Shown: positions 18,527 through 28,328, numbered from the stretch's first letter. The stretch: DNA of 64,000 bases from Candidatus Woesearchaeota archaeon (GCA_964390715.1 CAYMIM010000013.1:27311-91310); one strand, 5' to 3'. The notes: generated from the sequence alone by a model not told the origin. Numbers and translations are program-made.

Positions 18527-19021
18527 ATGAAAACCTATGGCTTTATGATGGTCTTCTTGCTGGGTATGATAATAGGAGTTCTTTTCCTTGCGTATGTGCC
18601 TCAAGATAAGCTCGAAATTCCTCTGTCAAAAGAAGTTCGAGAAACACCTATTCAAGCGCCTAAAGATCGTATCCAAGATGAGAGTATCCAGGTCTTCAAC
18701 GACAAGGTCGTTATTGATCTCAAAGATTTGAACGGGAGAAAAGTATCTTGGTCATCTTATGCGGACACAGAATCCATGGTGCCAACTTTAGATCAGGGAT
18801 GTAATGGGTTGGAATTTGTTCCTGCTTCACAAAAAGATCTCCATGAGGGTGACATGGTCGCTTTCGAGAAAAACAAAAGGATGATTATCCATCGAATTCA
18901 AAAAATGGGTCAAGATCAAGAAGGATGGTTCGCCATTACGAAAGGAGACAACAACCAGTATAATGATGGCAAGGTCCGCTGGTCAGAAATAAAATATGTG
19001 ACCTTCGGCATTATCTGTTAA
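18527..19021 (+). CDS. Archaeal signal peptidase I (Sec11/S26 family)
   Basis: N-terminal TM, SMVPTL (catalytic Ser box), GDNN box. 164 aa. Confidence 0.7.
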   Translation: MKTYGFMMVFLLGMIIGVLFLAYVPQDKLEIPLSKEVRETPIQAPKDRIQDESIQVFNDKVVIDLKDLNGRKVSWSSYADTESMVPTLDQGCNGLEFVPASQKDLHEGDMVAFEKNKRMIIHRIQKMGQDQEGWFAITKGDNNQYNDGKVRWSEIKYVTFGIIC

Positions 19022-19299
19022 AGCTTGGATAATTTTTTCTCTTGATATTCATGCAGGCATTCTTGTGAGCAGAACTTTAAAGTTTCATCATCAAATTCTT
19101 CCTCTACAGCGGAGTCTTCAATCATCTTTTTGCATTGAGCGCATTTGATAACAACTTCACTTTCATTATAGCCTTTCATGAAGCCTTCATCTACATCATC
19201 TAATTCATCTTCATCTTCTAGAAGTTCTTCTGGATCAGAATAGACATCATCATCTTTCTCATCTACTCCAATAGTATCATCGTCCTCTCCCATAAGCAA
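19018..19299 (-). CDS. Acidic N-terminus plus C-terminal zinc-ribbon small protein (93 aa); intact paralog of the split 4250..4613 locus
   Basis: DDDTIGVDEKDDDVYSDPEELLEDEDELDDVDEGFMKGY, then CAQC...FCSQEC. Confidence 0.55.
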   Translation of the reverse strand: MLMGEDDDTIGVDEKDDDVYSDPEELLEDEDELDDVDEGFMKGYNESEVVIKCAQCKKMIEDSAVEEEFDDETLKFCSQECLHEYQEKKLSKL

Positions 19300-19371
19300 A
19301 TCGCCAGAAAAATCCTATTTAAGCTTATCGTTGCTGTAAGCGTTGTTTCTGAAAAGAGACATTAAGGGACA

Positions 19372-19830
19372 TTAACACGTCATGGTGTCAAAGGAAGTCT
19401 GGATAGTGTCACGATGACTCTTATAAGTGGAAGAAATGCAGGAAAAATCAGCTAAATAAGTATAGCCAGAAGGGCAGCTCAAGATACGCGCGTCTCCCAC
19501 TCGCTCATCAAGAATAGTGTAGTGCGCAGTCACAAATGATTCTAAGACTGTGTAGTCTCCAAGTGCCATGGGATCGCTAGAGCGAAGAGAAGCGAAGAAG
19601 GATTGCGCGGCTTGCAAATAAGTTTGTGTGGAAATAGTCAGGTTGAAGGCGCAAGATTTATCCGCAAAAAAAATTCCAGTTGGTTTTCCAGCGACATTGG
19701 TAGTCATCTGCTCTTCACCCATATCAGGGACATCTAGGGAAAAAGTGTAGTGACGAAGATGAACAGAAGGAGTGCATCCGCTTAAAAAAAGAGTGAAGAA
19801 GAGAATAAGAAAGAAATAATAGTTAGGCAT
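19372..19830 (-). CDS. Putative secreted lipoprotein (lipobox-like LSGC), unknown function
   Basis: MPNYYFFLILFFTLFLSGCTP signal/lipobox-like N-terminus. Confidence 0.45.
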   Translation of the reverse strand: MPNYYFFLILFFTLFLSGCTPSVHLRHYTFSLDVPDMGEEQMTTNVAGKPTGIFFADKSCAFNLTISTQTYLQAAQSFFASLRSSDPMALGDYTVLESFVTAHYTILDERVGDARILSCPSGYTYLADFSCISSTYKSHRDTIQTSFDTMTC

Positions 19831-19837
19831 GGCGCGA

Positions 19838-21841
19838 TTAGTCTATTTTTCCACTACCAGTAATGGGGTAGCAACAGTTATTGACGTCGCATCCATATTT
19901 TTCTGGATCTCCACAATCGCTAGGCTGAGAACAGCTTTGCCCGCCAGTTTTACAAATAGGAGGTTTAGGATCTGGCTGACAGGAGCAACCGCTTGGACCA
20001 TTAGGTTTGCAAGTGTAGTTGGGTGAGCAAGCGCCGCCACAAACAAGCCCTGAACAATAAGGCAATGCTCTGCAACCGCTCGGAGTGATTGGTCCTGTTG
20101 TAGATCCTCCTGGGCCCCATCCTGGGAGAGCGGGTGGTAATGGCGGCACTACAGGTGCTGGATCGCCTGGTCCGCCGGGATAAGGTCCAACTGCTCTGCG
20201 AGCACTTCCACTACAAGTACAGTCTGCTAAACAGGTAGTTCCTGCGGGACAATAACCTACAGTACCAGGCTCACATTCTTCGAAAAAATCAACCCGACCA
20301 TTGCCACAGCTACTGCCACCTAAAGGTCGACAGTCACAGAAAGCGGTGCATTCTTTTCCAACAGGACAACCTGAAGGACTTTTTCCAGTATCACATTGCT
20401 CCCATCCTGTAGATGAAATTTTACCATCGCCACAATAATCAGTAAAAGTATAGCAGGTGCATCCTTTAGTGCATACTTTGCCAGTACCACAGCCACTAGA
20501 AAGAATAGGATCACCATTATTCGCGCCATCATCGCAAAATTCTGGACCCTCGATGTTACCATTGCCACAAAATGCGGGAGGAATACTGGGTGATGTGCAT
20601 TGACAAGTGAGATGACTACAGCGTTGTGGTGAAGTGCAAGCTCCAGGAGGAATAACTTGACCGTTTGCATCAAATTCACAATTTTCTGAACCTTCAATAC
20701 GACCATCGCCACAAGTACTGCCGATGCTAGGAGGTTCACAAACACCACCTTTAAGAAGATTACAAATATCGCCTAAATTGCATTCACTGTTTTTAGTGCA
20801 GGGTCTGCAGGCGCCAAAAATAGGGCTAACAATTTCTTTGTCGCAGATTTCATTGCCATAGTTGCATTCATTATTGCCACCACAAGGGCGACATTGTTTA
20901 ATGAGAGTATCACAGATGGGTTTTTTTGGATCTTGCGATTTGCATTCTGCATTGTTAATACAAAGACCAATACCTTCTCTACCACAACGGGAAGGTTGTG
21001 TAGAATCAATACACCATTCAGTAGGGTTGCAATCCTTAACGATCCTACCGTTACTATAATAGGGTGTTTTAGTTCCTGCTGGAGAGTCACAAGGTTCACA
21101 ATAATGAGAGAGTGTATTGCAAACCATGGCGGGATAATTACAATCTTTATTTGTTAGACATGATTTAAAAGGATCACTACACCGTCCGCCTAAGCATATT
21201 TGTCCACTAGTAGTACATTGATTATCTCTGGCGCAAGGAATACAGACACCATTGGCAATATCACAAAGACCCGTAGTTTTCTCGCAGTCTTCATTTTTAC
21301 TGCAGGAGCATTTGCATGCTTGTGGATGCTCGCGGGGGAAGCAGCCTAAAGAAGTTACAGAGCTGCCACAGGCAGATTTATCTTTGCCGTCGCATTGCTC
21401 AAAAGCTTCTCGTTGATTATTGCCACATTCATAAAGCAAAACATTGGTATCATTATTATAGAGTTGGACATAATGTAATCCTTCATTCAAAGGAAGAACA
21501 CCAACAACATCTGCGGGTACGTTCAGTGTCATGTCATTGCCAGCTAATTTGTAGCACAGCATGCCTTTATTACACCATCTTGTTGATCCGCCACTGCTTG
21601 GACCAACTTGTTGTTGAGTAACTCCGCTAGGGACGCGCATGACAACAACACTGGAAGTGCCAGAACCTAAATTATTGACTTGGGTAATCCCGACATTTAA
21701 CGCTTGTAAAGCGTCTTGTAATTCTGCCAAGCGATTGCTGTCAATGCGTTCTGTGGAGAAGAAAAGTAAGGGAATAATGACAACTAAGATAACACAAGTT
21801 AAGATCAAATAATCAAACGTAGATTGTGCTTGCTTCTGCAT
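19838..21841 (-). CDS. Large Cys-rich repeat surface protein with archaeal class III (type IV pilin-like) signal peptide; candidate pilus-associated adhesin
   Basis: Start placed at MQKQAQ/STFDYLILTCVILVVIIPLLFF (Q+1 and D+5, pilin-like, then a hydrophobic helix). About 600 aa of CxxC-rich repeats (CEPCDSP, CRPCGGNNEC, CRPCTKNSEC). Pro/Gly-rich linker GGPGDPAPVVPPLPPALPGWGPGG. The track's longer 686-aa ORF has an unlikely N-terminal extension. Confidence 0.6.
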   Translation of the reverse strand: MQKQAQSTFDYLILTCVILVVIIPLLFFSTERIDSNRLAELQDALQALNVGITQVNNLGSGTSSVVVMRVPSGVTQQQVGPSSGGSTRWCNKGMLCYKLAGNDMTLNVPADVVGVLPLNEGLHYVQLYNNDTNVLLYECGNNQREAFEQCDGKDKSACGSSVTSLGCFPREHPQACKCSCSKNEDCEKTTGLCDIANGVCIPCARDNQCTTSGQICLGGRCSDPFKSCLTNKDCNYPAMVCNTLSHYCEPCDSPAGTKTPYYSNGRIVKDCNPTEWCIDSTQPSRCGREGIGLCINNAECKSQDPKKPICDTLIKQCRPCGGNNECNYGNEICDKEIVSPIFGACRPCTKNSECNLGDICNLLKGGVCEPPSIGSTCGDGRIEGSENCEFDANGQVIPPGACTSPQRCSHLTCQCTSPSIPPAFCGNGNIEGPEFCDDGANNGDPILSSGCGTGKVCTKGCTCYTFTDYCGDGKISSTGWEQCDTGKSPSGCPVGKECTAFCDCRPLGGSSCGNGRVDFFEECEPGTVGYCPAGTTCLADCTCSGSARRAVGPYPGGPGDPAPVVPPLPPALPGWGPGGSTTGPITPSGCRALPYCSGLVCGGACSPNYTCKPNGPSGCSCQPDPKPPICKTGGQSCSQPSDCGDPEKYGCDVNNCCYPITGSGKID

Positions 21842-21924
21842 GATACTCTTTTCCTTAAGGCTTATTTTTTCAGGATGGTATAAATACTTTATGAACAACT
21901 CTCAAGGAATAACAAAAAGAAGCA

Positions 21925-21940
21925 AAGTTTATATACTACT
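21925..21940 (+). promoter_or_regulatory. TATA-like element (GTTTATATACTA) in the divergent intergenic region upstream of pilin gene 1; a second TATA (TATTTATACC, minus strand) serves the Cys-rich gene
   Basis: AT-rich box about 60 to 70 nt upstream of the ATG at 22001. Divergent arrangement with the 19838..21841 gene. Confidence 0.3.
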
Positions 21941-22000
21941 GCAACGTCAAAAATTGTATCCATGTTCAAACAAAGTAAACGAATAAGAGGTGGTAAGAGA

Positions 22001-22486
22001 ATGGTGCAAAAAAGAGGACAAGCGGCCATGGAGTTCTTGATGACTTATGGCTGGGCGTTGTTAGTAGTTTTAATCGCGATTGGCGCTTTAGCGTTCTTCG
22101 GAGTATTGAATCCAAGTAGATTCTTGCCGAACTCCTGTACTTTAGCTCCAGGATTTAGTTGCAATGACTTCAGAGCAAGTGATGGCGATGATAATATCCT
22201 TGTTGTGATTCAAAATGGATTAGGTGACAATCTCAACTCAGTTACTTTAAAGTTATCTGGTAGTAACCCTGATTGTGGCGGTTCATCATCAACAACAGGA
22301 AGAGCATTTACACCAGGATCAACGACACTCAATGATGGTGCATCAACTCAATTTACCATGGCCTGTACTGCAGGTAACTTGGTTAAAGGAAATAAGTTGA
22401 AAGGAGACCTTCAAATTGATTATACTATCGGAACAGGTCTTGCACATAAAAAAATTGGTCAACTAGTTGTTGGAATTGAAGCGTAG
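22001..22486 (+). CDS. Archaeal type IV pilin-like protein (class III signal peptide)
   Basis: MVQKRG/QAAMEFLMTYGWALLVVLIAIGALAFFGVL: basic leader, Q+1, E+5, hydrophobic helix. The track's start at 21962 adds an unlikely 13-aa extension. Confidence 0.7.
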   Translation: MVQKRGQAAMEFLMTYGWALLVVLIAIGALAFFGVLNPSRFLPNSCTLAPGFSCNDFRASDGDDNILVVIQNGLGDNLNSVTLKLSGSNPDCGGSSSTTGRAFTPGSTTLNDGASTQFTMACTAGNLVKGNKLKGDLQIDYTIGTGLAHKKIGQLVVGIEA

Positions 22487-22525
22487 TCCTTCTTTTCTTT
22501 CTTTTTCTTTATTTTAATAAACTAT
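22487..22525 (+). terminator. T-rich tract after pilin gene 1 (archaeal oligo-T terminator candidate)
   Basis: GTCCTTCTTTTCTTTCTTTTTCTTTATTTT immediately after the stop codon. Confidence 0.3.
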
Positions 22526-22554
22526 AAAAAGAGTGTTCTTTATAAAAATTTCAC

Positions 22555-24396
22555 ATGAAAAAGAAAACAGAGATAATCCTTGTTATTCTATTATTGTTGC
22601 TTGCTACAGCATGGAGATTTATTTTTTGGCATAATGGCATTTTTGGTTCAGATGCTCTTTATCACTATAGTGTTGTAGAACAAGCACTTAAAGAAGGAAA
22701 ACTATCTAATGATAACCTATTGTCAGTGTGCTACGAAGGAATAACTACTGGACATCCTCAGGGGTATTATGTTGTGCCTTATTTTCTAGGAAAAATCGTG
22801 GGAGTTGATAATGCATTCATAATAGCTCCGATAATTCTAGGATTAATAACGCTTTTTTGTGCATACTTGCTCATTAAGTCAATATGGAATACTAAAGTTG
22901 CGCTGCTCACGCTTTTTTTTCTCGCGATTTCATTAGGACATATCTCTAAGTCATTTGCTTTTTCATGGAGGGGAGAAAATATAGTCTATCCGTTCATTCT
23001 TTTATCCTTATTCTGGATGCTAAAATCCTTTTCAAAAAAGGAAAAAAGCTCTGCCATCCTTGCTGGAATCATATCTGGTCTTACAGCATGGTTCTGGAAT
23101 GGATACCCCTTAGTGATGATTGTTTTCTTTTGCGCACTTTTTTTCTACATTAGTTGCCAGTACTTCAAAGCAGACATATTGAGGTTTAAAGAAGAGATAA
23201 ATTTAGCAACAATAAGTGTAGGAAGCCAAGCAGTCGTATTAATGTCAATTATCTACCTAACTGAGCAGTCAGGAAAAGCAGTCTTGTTTGGAAAAGAATA
23301 TTATCTTTGGGGTGTACTAATGAGTATACTTGCTCTTTGGGTTTTAAGAATAAGCAAGGTAAAAAAAACGAAAAAACCATTTATTGGTGTTGTAATCATA
23401 GGAGCAGGTATAGTTTTCCTTTTATGGAATAAAATAAGGACAATCGCACAAGGTTTTGGTTCAATAAAGCCAGAAATGCCCATTCTTGAGCTACAACAAA
23501 CATTGCCTCATCAATATTTTTTCGCATTTTACATACTATGCGTCACAAGTATTTTAGGTTTGTATTTTTTCTGTAAAGAATTCAATAATAAAAAAGCAAT
23601 TTTCGCAGGCTTATTAATGCCTAGTCTCTATTTAATAATCACTGCTAGTAGATATATTTATTTTGCGAGCATCCCCATAATCACATTGACAGCTATATTC
23701 TTAAACAATAAAAAAATTATAAGAAAGAAATTTGATATCTTTATTGTAATAACTTTTGCCTTAATGGCTATAATGATGATCTACTCGTTGTATGCGGTAC
23801 CAAGATATTTTTCAGAAAGTTTATTTATTGATACTCAAGAGCCTTATTTGTTTATAAAAGAGAATAGTGAGACGGATGCGTGCGTTGTTGAAATCTCTGG
23901 GCGTGGAGCAACTATTGAGGGATTGTCAAAACGATATTCGTATTTTGAACCAATAGGATTTTCTGAAGAAAGACATAGAAAAGTAGGATCCTTCCTTTTG
24001 GCGAATACTTCTGAGAATACGCTAGGGATCGATAATCTCTACATACTCCTTAATTATCGCGATTTTTCAAAATTAAGAGGGATGGCAAAAGCTGCTGAAA
24101 AGAATAATATTACTTTTTTCAGAATAAATGAAGGCATGAATGAAAAAGTGAATGAAACTAAAGTAAAAGAAGATTCTAATTTCATGAAATATATCTATGT
24201 AAATGAAAAAATGTTCATAAATGAAAGTGGCAAAGGATGTGTATATGTCTATTTAAGTGATTATTTTTATCTAAGTGATGAAATCTGTGAATCAAACATG
24301 TTTAAAATGATTACCAACCAAACTATGAAAAATTTCAAGAATGTTTATTTCAAAGATGGTTATGCTATCTACAAGTACGAAGTTAGTGCTTCTTAA
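22555..24396 (+). CDS. Polytopic GT-C-fold-like membrane glycosyltransferase (ArnT/PMT/oligosaccharyltransferase-like), about 400-aa TM domain plus about 200-aa soluble C-terminal domain
   Basis: More than 10 hydrophobic helices. Early loop FGSDALYHYSV is an acidic D-containing motif reminiscent of GT-C first-loop motifs. No WWDYG motif, so not a canonical AglB. Confidence 0.4.
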   Translation: MKKKTEIILVILLLLLATAWRFIFWHNGIFGSDALYHYSVVEQALKEGKLSNDNLLSVCYEGITTGHPQGYYVVPYFLGKIVGVDNAFIIAPIILGLITLFCAYLLIKSIWNTKVALLTLFFLAISLGHISKSFAFSWRGENIVYPFILLSLFWMLKSFSKKEKSSAILAGIISGLTAWFWNGYPLVMIVFFCALFFYISCQYFKADILRFKEEINLATISVGSQAVVLMSIIYLTEQSGKAVLFGKEYYLWGVLMSILALWVLRISKVKKTKKPFIGVVIIGAGIVFLLWNKIRTIAQGFGSIKPEMPILELQQTLPHQYFFAFYILCVTSILGLYFFCKEFNNKKAIFAGLLMPSLYLIITASRYIYFASIPIITLTAIFLNNKKIIRKKFDIFIVITFALMAIMMIYSLYAVPRYFSESLFIDTQEPYLFIKENSETDACVVEISGRGATIEGLSKRYSYFEPIGFSEERHRKVGSFLLANTSENTLGIDNLYILLNYRDFSKLRGMAKAAEKNNITFFRINEGMNEKVNETKVKEDSNFMKYIYVNEKMFINESGKGCVYVYLSDYFYLSDEICESNMFKMITNQTMKNFKNVYFKDGYAIYKYEVSAS

Positions 24397-25723
24397 AGAA
24401 GATAAGTTTAATGGTTAACAAAAGAATCTTGATATCAAAGAACAAAGACCAGTTCTCAATATAAAAAACATCGTGTTTAATACGTTCATCTAGAGAAGTG
24501 TTACCGTAATAGCCATTGACTTGCGCCCAGCCAGTCATGCCTCCTTTGACAGCATGTCGTTCAAGATAGTGAGGTATTTTATCTTTAAACTGGTTGATAA
24601 AGAAAGGTCGTTCTGGTCTAGGTCCTACAAGAGACATATGCCCTAAAAAGACGTTGAAAAGTTGCGGTAGTTCATCTAAATTAGTTCTTCGTAAAAATCC
24701 GCCAAGAGGAATAATTCTAGAATCATGATTGTCCGCCCACTTTGGACCAGTTTGGTGTTCAGCGTCCGGCATCATAGTACGAAATTTATAAAGAATAAAA
24801 GGCTTAGAATTATAAGAAACTCTTTCCTGTTTGTAGAAAACGAATCCTTTCGAAGTTAATTTGATAAGAAAAGCAATCACAATAAATAAAGGTAAAGAAA
24901 GTAAGATAAAAAATAAAGAAAAAAAGATATCTACTAGCCGTTTCAAAACAGGATTAAATCCTTTCAAGTTTGTTTCTTTAATATGTAAAACTGAAAGAGG
25001 GCCTATTTGCTCAGGAAGTGATCTCTTGGTGACAATATCAACAATACTGGGCACTACCTTATAAGAAATATCATGTCCTCCTTTCTCCATAATATAAAGT
25101 ATCTTGGATTGATCTTCTTTAGGCAAATGCATAATAATTTCATCGACTACATGAGTAGATAAGAGTTGACTTAATTGTTTCAGAGAAGAAGGATTGAGAA
25201 AATGAGCTAATCGATAACCATGTTCTCTGGTAATTTTTTCTTGGAAAAACTTTCTATACATAGGATCACAAATAAGCAAAGCAGTAGTTAAAAGATAGCC
25301 CCGACGGTTAAGATATGATCTCAAAGAGTTCAAAAGAAGTCTTCCAAAGCTAATAAAAAGAAAGCTGAAAATAAAACTTACAGCTATAAAGATCCTTGAA
25401 TAAGAAACTTCACGTTGAAGAAAAGTAAAAGTGACAAAAATAAAGAAAACAAAGAGTGTAGACTTGAAAATAGTATAATATTCCTCAAATATTTTTTCCT
25501 TTTTATACAGATGGAGTAAATTAAAAATAATAATATAGATAACTACAATAAAAACTAAGCTAAAAAGATAAGTAATAAGCGAAGGAATTCCTTTAGTCAC
25601 ATCTAAAATACCAGAATAGAATCTAAACCAGAAAGAAAAGAGATAAGCGGTTGCAATAAAGAAAATATCTATCAATACAGTAAGAAAGATGATAAACGAT
25701 GAATTTTTTTTAAACATGCTCAT
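24383..25723 (-). CDS. Polyprenyl-phosphate sugar phosphotransferase, WbaP/bacterial sugar transferase family (initiating phosphoglycosyltransferase)
   Basis: C-terminal domain KPFILYKFRTM...LDELPQLFNVFLGHMSLVGPRPERPFF...GMTGWAQVNG matches the family signature. N-terminal TM helices. Confidence 0.8.
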   Translation of the reverse strand: MSMFKKNSSFIIFLTVLIDIFFIATAYLFSFWFRFYSGILDVTKGIPSLITYLFSLVFIVVIYIIIFNLLHLYKKEKIFEEYYTIFKSTLFVFFIFVTFTFLQREVSYSRIFIAVSFIFSFLFISFGRLLLNSLRSYLNRRGYLLTTALLICDPMYRKFFQEKITREHGYRLAHFLNPSSLKQLSQLLSTHVVDEIIMHLPKEDQSKILYIMEKGGHDISYKVVPSIVDIVTKRSLPEQIGPLSVLHIKETNLKGFNPVLKRLVDIFFSLFFILLSLPLFIVIAFLIKLTSKGFVFYKQERVSYNSKPFILYKFRTMMPDAEHQTGPKWADNHDSRIIPLGGFLRRTNLDELPQLFNVFLGHMSLVGPRPERPFFINQFKDKIPHYLERHAVKGGMTGWAQVNGYYGNTSLDERIKHDVFYIENWSLFFDIKILLLTIKLIFFKKH

Positions 25724-26487
25724 AGTAATCTAAACCCATATTTCTTATAATAAATAAACATGCTCTTTAGGTGGTAAAAAAAGGTTTTGCTAAAGAGATT
25801 ATAGCTTGCTCGTTGATAAACATGGGTAGCTATAGCGGAAGGATAGTATACTATTCTCCAGCCAGCTTTTTTCGCTCTTTGGCATAAGTCTATATCTTCA
25901 AAATAAAGGAAAAAATGATGATCTAAAAGCCCTATCTGATCAAACGCTGTGCGACGAATAAAAAGAAATGCGCCAATAGACCAATCGACGTCTTGAGTTT
26001 TATCATGATCAATATCCAACATAAGATAATTTCTTACTATTCTAGATCTAGGGAAAAAAGGTTGAATAAAATGTGCTAAAAAAACTGGATATCGTCTACA
26101 AGAAGGCTGTAAAAGATTATTAGGATAGAGGAGTTTGCAAGAAAGAACACCAACAGAGGTCTGCTTCTGCATATAAGTAAACACTTTTTGCAGGGTATCT
26201 TTTTGTACATATACATCAGGGTTTAAAAGTAAAATATAATCTCCTCGAGATTGTCGTATAGCTATATTGCATGCAGAAGAAAAACCAACATTTTTTATAG
26301 TTCTAATCAGAGTAACAGGATAACGTTGAAGAATAGCTAAAGTAGTATCTTTGGAGTTATTATCCACAACAATAATTTCTAGATCTTTGAAAGATTGTTG
26401 TTGAAGAGCCTCAAGACAAGAACCAATATACTTTTCAGAGTTATAAGTAACAATAACAACTGAAATAGTTAGTTTAGGTTTTGGCAT
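25720..26487 (-). CDS. Glycosyltransferase family 2
   Basis: ISVVIVTYNSEKYIGSCLEAL...IIVVDNNSKD...DxD-type region. Confidence 0.7.
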   Translation of the reverse strand: MPKPKLTISVVIVTYNSEKYIGSCLEALQQQSFKDLEIIVVDNNSKDTTLAILQRYPVTLIRTIKNVGFSSACNIAIRQSRGDYILLLNPDVYVQKDTLQKVFTYMQKQTSVGVLSCKLLYPNNLLQPSCRRYPVFLAHFIQPFFPRSRIVRNYLMLDIDHDKTQDVDWSIGAFLFIRRTAFDQIGLLDHHFFLYFEDIDLCQRAKKAGWRIVYYPSAIATHVYQRASYNLFSKTFFYHLKSMFIYYKKYGFRLL

Positions 26488-26490
26488 AGT

Positions 26491-27294
26491 TTAGGAAAGC
26501 TTGTTAGCGGCAAATTTCTTCATCTGTGCTCTAAATCGTTTTGTTATAAAGGGTCGTAACAATAATCTATAACTTTTATACAAAGGATAAAGCAAAATAT
26601 AGGACGGTCTAGTAAAGAGATGTGGATGATTCTTTTTAATTCTAGAATAGAGATAAGCATGCTTCTGAAGAGCGTTATGAATCATAGTTTTGCCATGTTT
26701 TCGATAGAAAAATAAAGGTTCTGGAATGACAAAGGATTGCCAATTGCGCTCTAAAAGAGAGATGTAAAAGTCCCAATCCTCATAGCCATAAATCATGTTC
26801 TGATTATACCCTATAGTTTGGTTATATGCTTTTCTTCTAATAACAGAAGACACAACTGCTGAATTGTAGAAACGCATGCTACTCAAAGTTGCAGTTCCAG
26901 TGACTCCAATCCCCTGTACATCACCAAAATACTGAATATAGGGGTAAACAAAACCAATAGTAGCAGAAGATTCCAAAATGTTGACAGCTTTTTCAATATA
27001 CGTAGAATCTATGCAATCATCAGCATCTAAAGGAAGGAAATATTTTCCACGAGAGCGTCGAATGCCATTGTTTCGTGCTGAAGCTAGTCCTTGATTATCT
27101 TGATGAATCACAGTAATGTTCTTGTGGCGAATACTGCCAAGCACTTTTTTCGTATTTGTGTCAATTGATCCATCATTGACAACAATAATTTCAATAGGCT
27201 TGTAAGTAGAAGATAAAACACTCTGAAGAGTTTCCTGAATATAGTTACCATAATTATAACAAGGAACAATAACACTCACTAAAGGTAAAGTCAT
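26491..27294 (-). CDS. Glycosyltransferase family 2
   Basis: VSVIVPCYNYGNYIQETLQSVLSST...IIVVNDGSID...LDADD. Confidence 0.7.
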   Translation of the reverse strand: MTLPLVSVIVPCYNYGNYIQETLQSVLSSTYKPIEIIVVNDGSIDTNTKKVLGSIRHKNITVIHQDNQGLASARNNGIRRSRGKYFLPLDADDCIDSTYIEKAVNILESSATIGFVYPYIQYFGDVQGIGVTGTATLSSMRFYNSAVVSSVIRRKAYNQTIGYNQNMIYGYEDWDFYISLLERNWQSFVIPEPLFFYRKHGKTMIHNALQKHAYLYSRIKKNHPHLFTRPSYILLYPLYKSYRLLLRPFITKRFRAQMKKFAANKLS

Positions 27295-28328
27295 AATTTC
27301 ATCCTCCGGAAAAGTGCATTAAATCGTTTTTCATAAGTATGATCTCGTAAAGTTCTGGTATAAGCTGCTTTCGCTATAGCTATTCTTTCATCATCATGGT
27401 TAAGATAATAGTTTATTTTTTCTAAAAGATCTGGGATAGTAGTAAAAACAACAATTTCTTTATTAGGAATATAATAATCTTCTAAATTATCAGCAGAATT
27501 AGTTAATAAAAAACTACGAGTTCCTGGAATCTCAAAATTACGACCTTTTATCTGGTCCTGTGACAGAAAGAAAGTTCTGAAGGTATTAAGTATTTCTCTA
27601 GGAGGTTTAATATAAGGCTTATTTCTTTTAAAAAAAAGACGAAGAAAGTTTTTATTGGTTGATACATTAGTTAAATTAAGATTGATTTTGCTTTGAGAAA
27701 AACAATCTAGCATAGCTTCTTGTGTCAATCTACCTTGTGGCCAGCCAGTTCCCCAGCAAGTAATGTCCACGCCTTTATTTTTTAGTGTTTGAATAATCTG
27801 TTTTCGATCTCCATGAGATTGTCCTACAAAAGAAACAGGGTATTTTTTCTTTGCTGAAGAAGGTTTATAAAAAAAATGATTGCATGCCCACTGTGTAGCA
27901 AGTACTTGGTTGTAACCAATGCGATGATAAAGAGGTAAAGCTTGTGAGTAAGTTGTTGATACCCAGTGAAAATCTGGTGCATAATATTGAGAATAAGTAT
28001 AAAAACGCCAATGATCATCCGCAAACCAATTAAAAGTAATTGCACCGCTATGTGCGGTGATATATTGAATAGTAGCGTGTGTAATTTCATCTGTGAATAA
28101 AAAAAAGAAGCAAAGATCAGGTTGTATTTCAGAAACTTTCTTGAGTAATAAAGCATTCATAGCTTCCTTGCCAATTTTATGCATTATTTCATCAAACGGA
28201 AAATAGATAATTTCATGTTTTTTATTATTCATATGAACTAAAGAATGATAAAAATTGTAATGTTCAAAACTGTATCCCCTGCCCATCTTTCCATAATCGT
28301 ATTTCATCGCTATGTAAAGAATTTTCAT
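27291..28328 (-). CDS. Glycosyltransferase, GT-B (GT1/GT4, CgeB-like) C-terminal domain
   Basis: C-terminal NFEIPGTRSFLLTNSADNLEDYY...EIVVF...LLEKINYYLNHDDERIAIAKAAYTRTLRDHTYEKR resembles GT4/CgeB donor-binding domains. Confidence 0.5.
   Translation of the reverse strand: MKILYIAMKYDYGKMGRGYSFEHYNFYHSLVHMNNKKHEIIYFPFDEIMHKIGKEAMNALLLKKVSEIQPDLCFFFLFTDEITHATIQYITAHSGAITFNWFADDHWRFYTYSQYYAPDFHWVSTTYSQALPLYHRIGYNQVLATQWACNHFFYKPSSAKKKYPVSFVGQSHGDRKQIIQTLKNKGVDITCWGTGWPQGRLTQEAMLDCFSQSKINLNLTNVSTNKNFLRLFFKRNKPYIKPPREILNTFRTFFLSQDQIKGRNFEIPGTRSFLLTNSADNLEDYYIPNKEIVVFTTIPDLLEKINYYLNHDDERIAIAKAAYTRTLRDHTYEKRFNALFRRMKL

Noticed and set aside
19843-21621. Several 60 to 140-aa ORFs (e.g. 20320..20748, 20773..21099, 21316..21621) inside or antisense to the Cys-rich protein gene
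   Set aside because: Alternative frames or antisense of a long, motif-rich gene; repetitive Cys-codon sequence generates long spurious frames.
22555-24396. Possibility that the GT-C-like membrane protein is the archaeal oligosaccharyltransferase AglB/STT3
   Set aside because: No WWDYG motif after the last TM helix, and the C-terminal soluble domain is small. Retained only as a generic GT-C-like glycosyltransferase.
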